DNA of 64,000 nucleotides from a virus (Duplodnaviria; Caudoviricetes): IMG/VR virus record IMGVR_UViG_3300033463_000011, positions 64,001 to 128,000 of that record; one strand, 5' to 3'. Shown piece by piece: positions 56,447 to 64,000 of this stretch (position 1 is its first letter; each line of letters starts with the position of its first letter). The notes under the pieces were generated by a model. It saw only the letters and a program-made list of their open reading frames with translations, ran no database searches and was not told where the DNA came from. The position numbers and the translations under genes were made by a program.

Positions 56447-56562
56447 AATATGATATATACATCTAGTAATAACGGCGGTAAATCCAAATGTAAGTATTAT
56501 AAGGTTTGCGGTAACTACGAAAACTGTAAGAGATGCGAAAGTTTTGAAAGGAAGGAAAGAAT

Positions 56563-56868
56563 ATGTGCAAGAACAAAGATGAATTCTCAAAGATAGTTAG
56601 AAAGCGCAGAAGAGCTGTCGCTCTAAAAAAGAAGTTGGAATCTTGGATTGATAAAATGGATGATGAAATCATCAAATACGCTCATGCAAAAGGAGTTAAG
56701 GGCGGAAAAGATAACAACACTTTAATAGTATTTGGAGATGATTACAAAGCTTCTGTCATTATGATCACTCAGCATCCTTGGGATGGAGACAAGTTAAGAA
56801 AATACTTAGGAGATAACATATCTCAATTTCAGAAAACAAGTACGTTTTCTAAAGTAGATATACGGTAA
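56563..56868 (+). CDS. Hypothetical protein
   Basis: ORF with RBS. Confidence 0.55.
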   Translation: MCKNKDEFSKIVRKRRRAVALKKKLESWIDKMDDEIIKYAHAKGVKGGKDNNTLIVFGDDYKASVIMITQHPWDGDKLRKYLGDNISQFQKTSTFSKVDIR

Positions 56869-56873
56869 TAACT

Positions 56874-57203
56874 ATGATAACTGATTTAAATGATCTTTCA
56901 GAATTATGCAGCAAACAATTCAGCGGGACTGTTTTAACTCCCGCTGAAGTTGCTGATAAAATAATCAAACTCAATGACGCATTTGAGATAGTCCCTTCAG
57001 TAAAATTCATAATAGCCTTCGGAGAAGAAGATGAATCTGAAGATCTTTTGGAAGATTGGACTGAAATAGGTAGACGCCCTCTAAATGAACTTCCGAGTGA
57101 AATATCAAACTACAAATTTCTTGTATATGACATAATATATAACAGCAAAGCTAATTATATAGTGATAATGATGAAAGGTGATATGTCAGAATATCATAAA
57201 TAA
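56874..57203 (+). CDS. Hypothetical protein
   Basis: ORF. Confidence 0.55.
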   Translation: MITDLNDLSELCSKQFSGTVLTPAEVADKIIKLNDAFEIVPSVKFIIAFGEEDESEDLLEDWTEIGRRPLNELPSEISNYKFLVYDIIYNSKANYIVIMMKGDMSEYHK

Positions 57204-57329
57204 AATTTATTAATAAAGTATTAAATTTTCAAATAATAAGCGAATTTACTTTTATTTTTACTCCTGTGGGCTTATAATTATAATAACATTACGCCTATTC
57301 ATATCAATACTCATCAGGAGGACACGGCG
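57198..57329 (+). promoter_or_regulatory. AT-rich early-promoter-like module, copy 2
   Basis: TTTACT-16 nt-TATAAT; repeat of 53101-53246. Confidence 0.55.
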
Positions 57330-57593
57330 ATGACACACGCAAATAATATCCAGTACTTGGTAGTAGTCGGTAACACTATGCTCAATAACAGACATCAAGT
57401 TTTCTGCAACAGCATTGAAGAGTGCCGGAGAGTAATCAGAGACTACACAAGAAACGTCAGTGGAATATACGGTTACGGATACGACGATGAAGGCGATGTT
57501 TATCTTTTAGAAGATTGCATCATGGAGCGTATCGGAAATATCTCTTACAACGGAAGGTTTCATTCTGAAGAAGAGCTCATCATAACAACTTAA
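57330..57593 (+). CDS. Hypothetical protein
   Basis: GGAGG RBS; IGNISYNGR. Confidence 0.6.
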   Translation: MTHANNIQYLVVVGNTMLNNRHQVFCNSIEECRRVIRDYTRNVSGIYGYGYDDEGDVYLLEDCIMERIGNISYNGRFHSEEELIITT

Positions 57594-57704
57594 CCTTTAT
57601 TGATATCAATAAACACATCTTGTCAGTTTTTGCCATAAAGACAGTGCGGATATGAGGAAGTGCTACGGTACTCCTCATATCTATGTATAACCTTGTATAA
57701 ATAC

Positions 57705-57914
57705 ATGAGCGATAGACAGAGAAATACATTTCAGTATAACAACGTCAATATAATTGTAGAGTCCGATATAGAATCTGTATCAGGTATATCATTCCTCATT
57801 AAAGATGGATCACTTCCTGGAGAATCATATTTAGCTTTTGCATACTTTGACGATACAAAGAAATTCATAGACTGCGGTTGCAACTGGGACAAATTTTTAA
57901 ACGGCGGTCGCTAA
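57705..57914 (+). CDS. Hypothetical protein
   Basis: ORF directly after AACCTTGTAT. Confidence 0.4.
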   Translation: MSDRQRNTFQYNNVNIIVESDIESVSGISFLIKDGSLPGESYLAFAYFDDTKKFIDCGCNWDKFLNGGR

Positions 57915-57940
57915 TGCCTAAAGTTTCACATATACTTAAT

Positions 57941-57972
57941 TACCTATTCTGAGAATTCAGGGTAGGTATTTT
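57941..57972 (+). terminator. Hairpin terminator
   Basis: TACCTATTCTGA/TCAGGGTAGGTA plus a T-run. Confidence 0.6.
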
Positions 57973-58092
57973 GTTGTAACCTTTTATGATATAGTAAGCA
58001 GTATCTACCGATAACACTTTTACAGTAGGTATAAGGACACAAATAAATAAATCGAAATACCAATCTACCAAAAACTTTTAGGAGGAAATTAA

Positions 58093-58914
58093 ATGGCTAT
58101 TTCAGAAAGAATTGAACTTTTAGGCAAAGGACTGTATTCAGATTCAGGTATCCCTGACATACTCACATTAAAGAGCATTCCAACTGCATCAGAACTCGAT
58201 TATGTAGGTGGAGAAGATTTTATCGCTACAATGCTTGATGTTATCTTCCCTAAAGCAATCGAAGAAAAATGTGATTTTCATAAGTTGTTAGAGATTGATT
58301 TTCAGTGGGTCTGTAGAGCACTTAGGATATTGAATTACGGCCCCTATATAACAACAAATGCAATCTTTTGTTCCGAATGCGATGTAACTTCTCGTGGAGA
58401 ATATCAAGTAGATTTACGTTCAGTAGAAGTAAAGACACTTCCTGAAAAGTTTGATAATAACATAAAGATATCTCGTGACGAATTTATCGAATTCGATGGC
58501 GATATTATATTAAAACTCCCAACAATTCAAGATATGGTTAACGCAAATAAAGATAAGTTATTTGTGTTAAGTAATGGTGAAAGAAATTTTGATTTAGCTA
58601 GAATATGCTACATGATTAAATCTATCAAAGGTGAAACAAGTTTAACTCCTGCGGATATTAAATACAAGATTCAAAATAGCATGACTTCTGCAGATTTCTT
58701 AATCCTTAAAGATAAAGTTTCTGAATTAACAAATTATGGACTTAGAGCAGGAGGTTCAACACGTTGCCCTAAATGCGGAAGCGGAGAAGCAGCATTTATC
58801 GCGTTGGTTGACGATAGATTCTTTCGCCCGACCGTGGGAAATCTCAGGGCCTGGAAGGCTGATAGATGTGCCGAGAAGTCAAGTGGATCCGCTAAGGGAA
58901 ACGATAAAACTTAA
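58093..58914 (+). CDS. T4 gp26-like baseplate hub / tail assembly chaperone
   Basis: LRILNYG, CSEC, LKLPT, CPKCG and FFRP; lies upstream of the tape measure gene. Confidence 0.65.
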   Translation: MAISERIELLGKGLYSDSGIPDILTLKSIPTASELDYVGGEDFIATMLDVIFPKAIEEKCDFHKLLEIDFQWVCRALRILNYGPYITTNAIFCSECDVTSRGEYQVDLRSVEVKTLPEKFDNNIKISRDEFIEFDGDIILKLPTIQDMVNANKDKLFVLSNGERNFDLARICYMIKSIKGETSLTPADIKYKIQNSMTSADFLILKDKVSELTNYGLRAGGSTRCPKCGSGEAAFIALVDDRFFRPTVGNLRAWKADRCAEKSSGSAKGNDKT

Positions 58915-59122
58915 TGGACAAATAAAAACATTTCATCAAATGCGTCAAGATAGATATGAACGCATAATAGATGAAACATTATTCATATCAAGAGCATCAG
59001 AAGGTGCAGTAAGTGCAGAATGGGTCATGGATCAACCTATTTTTGTAAGGACAAAATATGTAGAATCTTTTGAAAAAGAACTAAAGGAACGGCAACAGCA
59101 ATTAGAGAAGCATAAGAAGTAA
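58819..59122 (+). CDS. Overlapping +1-frame ORF (tail chaperone extension; start uncertain)
   Basis: Frame open 58736-59122. C-terminus has WVMDQPIFVR. No RBS before ATG 58940. Confidence 0.5.
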
Positions 59123-59123
59123 A

Positions 59124-62100
59124 ATGCCAAACAACAAGAACAACAATCAACAGCCACTTTCAAATAATGCAGATTTATTGCAGGATATGAGAGATTTATT
59201 TAGTGCAAATGACGATGATTATAGTGCACTAACTAAAGCGGTAAAAGACTTAACTGCTACTATTAAATCTACTGGAGATCCACGCAAAACATCTCAATCT
59301 ATATTTAATGATAGACGTAACGAGATGGAATACAGCCGTAATTCTAGAGCTAGAAGAGCGTCTGAATATAGGCATACTGGAAGTATCTTAGGCGATATTG
59401 AAGAAGGAATCAAGGATCAAATGCTTGATTCTCTTGCTGGCGGCGATTTTAAGAAAGGTATGCAATCTGCCTTATCTGAGTTCACAAAGAGGTTTGGATT
59501 TGAGCTTAAAGATTTACCTCATGAATATGGTAAGCATCTTGGAAGCAAGCTATTTGATTCTATTAAGAGCAGCAAATTAGGCAGCGATGTAACTAAGAGC
59601 CTTGAAAAAGGTATTTCTAAATATTTAGATAAAATCGGCGGAAGCGGTACTGGATCTTCTCTTGTTAGCGCATTTAAGAGCGGTTCAGGTTCAATGGCTT
59701 CTTCCGGTGGAGGCAAATTAGGTACACAGATTGCCGGTGGGGCTATGTCTCAGGGCGCCAATTACCAACAGCTTATGTCAGGTCTTGATAAGGTTGCTGG
59801 TAAAGCAGGCGTAATCGGCGCAGTTGTTGCTGTTCTTTACTTATTACTTAAACCTGCCTTAACTGGATTAGGTGATTTTCTTAAAAAATGGGTTAATGCT
59901 TGGTCAAAAGACGAAGACATGCGTAAGAAGCGGTTAGAAAACGCTCAAAAACGTGTTGAAGCTGACCTTGAATATCTTGCAAGAGAGCCATTTGAAATTC
60001 TCATGAAAGCCACTAAAGAGTGGTATGATGAATGGGATAAAAATCTTTCTAAGATATCGCTAACACAAGGATATACTAAAGAAGACGTATATGACTTGTA
60101 TTCCAGCATGTCCAGCAGGCTTATTGAAGAAGGCTTAGAGAAAGTAATTCCCGCAACTGATGTTATTGAAAAACTCAGTTCCATATTAGACACAGGACTC
60201 AGCGGACAGCTTGCAGAAGCATTTGCTTATGAAGCAACTAAGCTTAATGCAGCCATTCCTGGACAGGATTTTACTTCATATGCTTCAATATATGCTCAGT
60301 TAGCTTCAGAAGCTGTAAGTTATGGTGCAACTCAAGCAGAAGCAATTGATTATGCTAATGAACAATTAGAATTATTTGCAAGTAATCTCTTATATTCTAG
60401 CAGAACACTTACTGGCGGATTTACTACAGGATTAAAGAATGCAGAATCTTTATTCTCGAGTGCAGTAAACATTGCTCAAACTGCTAGAACATCAAATGCT
60501 GCACAGATATCAGGTACACTTACTTCAGTAGCTGCAGTAATTGGTGCAATTGCACCTGATCTTGCTTCTGGATTAGTCGAAAATGTAGTTAATGCAGCAA
60601 TTGGAGGAAATAGCGATACTATAGTTGCCCTCCGTTCCCTTGCAGGTATAAACGCAGGTAATACAGAGTTCTTAAACGCACTTGCAACAAATCCTCAAGC
60701 AGTATTTGTAAACATATTCCGTAGTTTATCGGCTATGCAGAATATGTCCCCTACAAATTACATGGAAGTTGCAGAAGGACTTTCATCTGTATTTGGTGTA
60801 GACATGAAAGCACTTGCACGAGTAGATTTTAACAATCTTGCAAATGCGGTTGCTGATATGTCTATTAACGCAAATTCGTTAAATGAAAATATGGCCCTTC
60901 TCGCAAGTGGAGAAGCAACAACTACTACAGAACAACTTAAGCTCCAGGAAATCAACAATGTAATTCTTGAAGAAGGTCTTGCTTACGTAATCGATAGCGA
61001 AGCAGGAAGAATGGTTCAAGAGCACATGTGGCAAGAGCAAATAGCTAATGAACTTGCCAATAATCAATATGCAGTCGATTTAACTGGTGCTTCGTTAGCA
61101 TTAATTGAAGGACTTAGACATTCAGTTGCTAATATACTTAATTTCTTAAATCCTATTGCGTATCTTGCAAAAGGCGTTAGTAATCTATCTAAAGTAAACG
61201 CTCAAACAAAAAATGTTAACGCAGATTTGCAAACAATACTTACTGCAGGTGCTGTTGGTTCTAACTATACCGCACTTAGTAATTTGCTAACTACAGGTAC
61301 GGATTTAGGATTAGTTAAACCGCTTGCTGAATTGATGGTAGGTTCTTCGGCTAATAGTTCATACTGGTCTACTACTGATGTTATTAATAATAATCCGCTA
61401 TCTTGGGCATTAGGAAAAATATTTGGAACTGATGTAGCTAAATATAATCCAACTAATTATGTTAGTGGCGATTTCTTTAACTATTTAGTAGATTCAGGTG
61501 GAGGATCAGCTGCATTTGCAAGTAGGCACGATATGGGATATCGTAATAGCATACCATATTCCGGTCTAGGTGGAAATGCTAGTTATGGATCACTCTATTC
61601 TGGATTTACTGTAGGAAAATCTGCACTTAATCATTCAGCTGCATTTACATTACTTCCTGCAGTCGTTAGACAAGTAACTGCAGGAGCAACTCAAGCTGCT
61701 TTAGCTGCATCTAACAAACAGATGGAAGCTTATTTAGCTGCTGCAGAAGAATTTGCAAAAACAGGCACTTGGAATGATTATCTTGCTGCAGCAAGAGATT
61801 TTGGAATTGCTGATGCTGAAGCCGTATTTGAAGAATATGGCGGAACAGAAGCAGTAAGAAATTACTTTGAACAACAACAAGGTCGTGCGGGTGCACTAAA
61901 AGAGAATGAATGGAGAACTAATCAAGAAAACTTCTTAGCTGAAAATAGAAGATTCTGGGATTATGCTAATGGTACAAACGGATTATTTAATACATCTATT
62001 TGGTCACCATTTGTTAAAGACGAATTCAAACCATTCTTTGATAATGAAGGCAGATTTGATAAGCGGATAGATGCAATAGATGCCGCACTAGCAGGTATTA

Positions 62101-62531
62101 ATACTAGATTAGGCGACCCTAAAGAATTTACAGTAATAAGTGCACTGTCACTGCTTAATCAAAATATCAAAGCAACATTTGTTGATACTAGCAGTACATT
62201 CCAGCAGTGCTTAGCAGATTGGATAAGATATATCGCTGCATCAAAGAAGTACTCGGAAACAACAAGCACTGCCGCAGCTTGGAATGAATTAAAACAAGCA
62301 GAAGGCGATGCTAAAAATGAAACATTGTTAGCACTCGCAAATGCAATGAAAGCATTTACTGAAGATGAGCTCAAGACAATGGATCCTCAGCTGCAAACAA
62401 ACGTATTGTTAGGTAAGATTGTCATCATACTTGAAGCAATAATGCAGCAGAATAATTCACAAGTAGGCGGATTATCTCTCATTGATTCAATAAACGCATT
62501 GGCTTTAGGAATGACAACAACATCAACTTGA
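59124..62531 (+). CDS. Tape measure protein
   Basis: 1135 aa, Ala/Leu/Gly-rich and helical with a hydrophobic segment; follows the chaperone genes. Confidence 0.75.
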   Translation: MPNNKNNNQQPLSNNADLLQDMRDLFSANDDDYSALTKAVKDLTATIKSTGDPRKTSQSIFNDRRNEMEYSRNSRARRASEYRHTGSILGDIEEGIKDQMLDSLAGGDFKKGMQSALSEFTKRFGFELKDLPHEYGKHLGSKLFDSIKSSKLGSDVTKSLEKGISKYLDKIGGSGTGSSLVSAFKSGSGSMASSGGGKLGTQIAGGAMSQGANYQQLMSGLDKVAGKAGVIGAVVAVLYLLLKPALTGLGDFLKKWVNAWSKDEDMRKKRLENAQKRVEADLEYLAREPFEILMKATKEWYDEWDKNLSKISLTQGYTKEDVYDLYSSMSSRLIEEGLEKVIPATDVIEKLSSILDTGLSGQLAEAFAYEATKLNAAIPGQDFTSYASIYAQLASEAVSYGATQAEAIDYANEQLELFASNLLYSSRTLTGGFTTGLKNAESLFSSAVNIAQTARTSNAAQISGTLTSVAAVIGAIAPDLASGLVENVVNAAIGGNSDTIVALRSLAGINAGNTEFLNALATNPQAVFVNIFRSLSAMQNMSPTNYMEVAEGLSSVFGVDMKALARVDFNNLANAVADMSINANSLNENMALLASGEATTTTEQLKLQEINNVILEEGLAYVIDSEAGRMVQEHMWQEQIANELANNQYAVDLTGASLALIEGLRHSVANILNFLNPIAYLAKGVSNLSKVNAQTKNVNADLQTILTAGAVGSNYTALSNLLTTGTDLGLVKPLAELMVGSSANSSYWSTTDVINNNPLSWALGKIFGTDVAKYNPTNYVSGDFFNYLVDSGGGSAAFASRHDMGYRNSIPYSGLGGNASYGSLYSGFTVGKSALNHSAAFTLLPAVVRQVTAGATQAALAASNKQMEAYLAAAEEFAKTGTWNDYLAAARDFGIADAEAVFEEYGGTEAVRNYFEQQQGRAGALKENEWRTNQENFLAENRRFWDYANGTNGLFNTSIWSPFVKDEFKPFFDNEGRFDKRIDAIDAALAGINTRLGDPKEFTVISALSLLNQNIKATFVDTSSTFQQCLADWIRYIAASKKYSETTSTAAAWNELKQAEGDAKNETLLALANAMKAFTEDELKTMDPQLQTNVLLGKIVIILEAIMQQNNSQVGGLSLIDSINALALGMTTTST

Positions 62532-62578
62532 TACCTTAAATAGTTATATATATATATAAGAATCTAGGAGGAGCATAA

Positions 62579-64000
62579 ATGCATTTTCCAACATTTACAG
62601 TAGCAACAACTAACATATTCCCTTTAAGTAATTCTACCAAAGGAGGTCAGTTAGTTACTGAATATAATCTTCGTTCCCGAGAAATGGTCGGAACAAATCC
62701 TGATGTAAAATATGAAATAGGTCCTTCGTATACTCACAGTATGGATGACTTCTTTGTATCACTGCTGTCAGGTATGGAAGCTGATGCTTATAACCCGACA
62801 TTATCATATTCAATTGGGCAGTACGTAACATATAATTCGTTTACGTATGCTTGTCAAGTAGCAATAGATGCTCCTGCAGGTCCTTTCGATGCAGATAAAT
62901 GGGTAGTCATTAATTCTTCATCTTGTATACTTCAAATAGCTCCTGGTAGAGCAGTTATTAATGGTCATTATGTAGAATCATTATCTCCTATGTCCATTGA
63001 TTTAACTTTAGCAAATGCACAACTTGCACGAAGCTATTCTGAAGCATTAACAGGCGAACTTAGCATTGGCATCAAAGCATACTATAGTACAGAAAGTACT
63101 ATGGCAGGAGCAATGCTTGCAGAAAACGAAGATAACACATATACAGGTATTCAGTTAGTCATTGAAAAGCGAGAGAACTTTAAAACTCCTTCAGACAGTA
63201 CAACGGATAGATCTGCAGTAACTGCTGATATTAAGTTAGCTGATTTTATCTATGTAGGTGGAATAATATCAGGTATCGTTCAGAATAAAGAAAAATTATC
63301 TTACATAGATCCTACAAGAATTGCAGATGTAGATAAAGTACTTGATGAAAACTTTGTGTCAAAAAAGAACCTTAACGCACAGAAGTTATATACATTTTCT
63401 GGTCAGGGCGGAGATTCCGATAAGTCTACTTGGTGTGATTCAACAGGAAGTTTGATGGTTTGGGACGCATATCCACAAATCATATCAACAAATCCTAATG
63501 AATCTATACCTCAAGCTACATTCTTGTCAACTGCTGATGGATATGTTCATTTAGCTATACCTCATCAGCAGATTGATTCTATGAAGAAAGATGGACAGTA
63601 TGCATATTACAATCTTAGAGACATTCAACTTCCTAAAGCTAATTATTTATCAGGAGCTCCAGGTACAGTAGATGCATCGTATACTCAAGTTATAAAGAAT
63701 CTTTCAGATAAAGTAAATAGTCTCAAACAATCTCCCGCAGGTAATATGGTCTTGTGGTTAGATGTAAAGGATTCTACATATGAAATGCCTACAATACCTG
63801 GAACATATAATAATGGAGATTATATATTTGTAAGAGAAGATACATCTGCAAGGATGTCTGAAGATGAGGGTGCTGCTCCTTCAACAATGTATAAAGTAAT
63901 TCCTGGAGTAGTAGCAAACATTGCATATTCACAAACATTACCTTCAGGAGTAAGATTAGGCGGCACCGCTGCAAAGGTCTATCAAATTACTGTTAATGAC
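62579..64000 (+). CDS. Large tail/baseplate protein, partial (runs off the window)
   Basis: GGAGGAG RBS; MHFPTFTVATTNIFP...; IAPGRAVINGHY; CBM5/12-like YNPTLSYSIGQYVTY...W. Confidence 0.65.
   Translation, partial: MHFPTFTVATTNIFPLSNSTKGGQLVTEYNLRSREMVGTNPDVKYEIGPSYTHSMDDFFVSLLSGMEADAYNPTLSYSIGQYVTYNSFTYACQVAIDAPAGPFDADKWVVINSSSCILQIAPGRAVINGHYVESLSPMSIDLTLANAQLARSYSEALTGELSIGIKAYYSTESTMAGAMLAENEDNTYTGIQLVIEKRENFKTPSDSTTDRSAVTADIKLADFIYVGGIISGIVQNKEKLSYIDPTRIADVDKVLDENFVSKKNLNAQKLYTFSGQGGDSDKSTWCDSTGSLMVWDAYPQIISTNPNESIPQATFLSTADGYVHLAIPHQQIDSMKKDGQYAYYNLRDIQLPKANYLSGAPGTVDASYTQVIKNLSDKVNSLKQSPAGNMVLWLDVKDSTYEMPTIPGTYNNGDYIFVREDTSARMSEDEGAAPSTMYKVIPGVVANIAYSQTLPSGVRLGGTAAKVYQITVND

Noticed and set aside
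58896-58902. Canonical -1 slippery heptamer G-GGA-AAC near the end of the chaperone gene
   Set aside because: A -1 shift reads GGG AAA CGA TAA and stops at once; the downstream ORF is in the +1 frame.
1-64000. Stop-codon reassignment (code 15 or 4), common in large gut phages
   Set aside because: Long genes are intact in the standard code, and TAA, TGA and TAG all end genes at sensible boundaries. The breaks seen are explained by an intein, an intron or deletions.
1-64000. tRNA or rRNA genes
   Set aside because: No cloverleaf or T-loop signatures were seen by eye in the short intergenic gaps; tRNAscan-SE would be needed to exclude them fully.

Overview
A 64-kb, AT-rich segment of a large myovirus-type (contractile-tail) phage, almost all coded on the + strand in the standard genetic code. 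A Firmicutes host is inferred from AGGAG(G) ribosome-binding sites and IS605-type elements. Bases ~1-10300 are a replication, recombination and DNA-modification block: the C-terminal part of a split PolA, a beta-clamp, gamma/delta/delta'-like clamp-loader subunits, a Cas4-like nuclease, RecA, a resolvase and a TGT/DpdA-like enzyme. Virion genes (terminase, portal, neck, tail tube, sheath, tail chaperone/hub, tape measure) are scattered over the rest of the window. The most striking signal is ~28 otherwise mostly unrelated genes that begin with the same short leader, MK-x-Y-[IV]-x-[AS]-[AS] or M[KI]IY[ASC]-x. Its core resembles the Y-V-K-A|S site of capsid-maturation proteases, suggesting a capsid-targeting and processing system for a large cargo of internal proteins. 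Fifteen genes, most with this leader, carry one ~100-aa 'GKD[IL]W...P[IV]E..T..E' domain, eight of them in tandem. Other elements: a naturally split intein in the large terminase with a GIY-YIG stub between the halves; a group I intron in the tail-tube gene with a non-canonical splice junction; a Zn-repeat/nuclease/methyltransferase fusion; an apparently dead NAD-ligase homologue; an intact IS605 (tnpA+tnpB) and a deleted tnpB/omegaRNA mini-element; and two recurring phage-specific promoter-like motifs. All calls come from reading motifs by eye; no searches were run.
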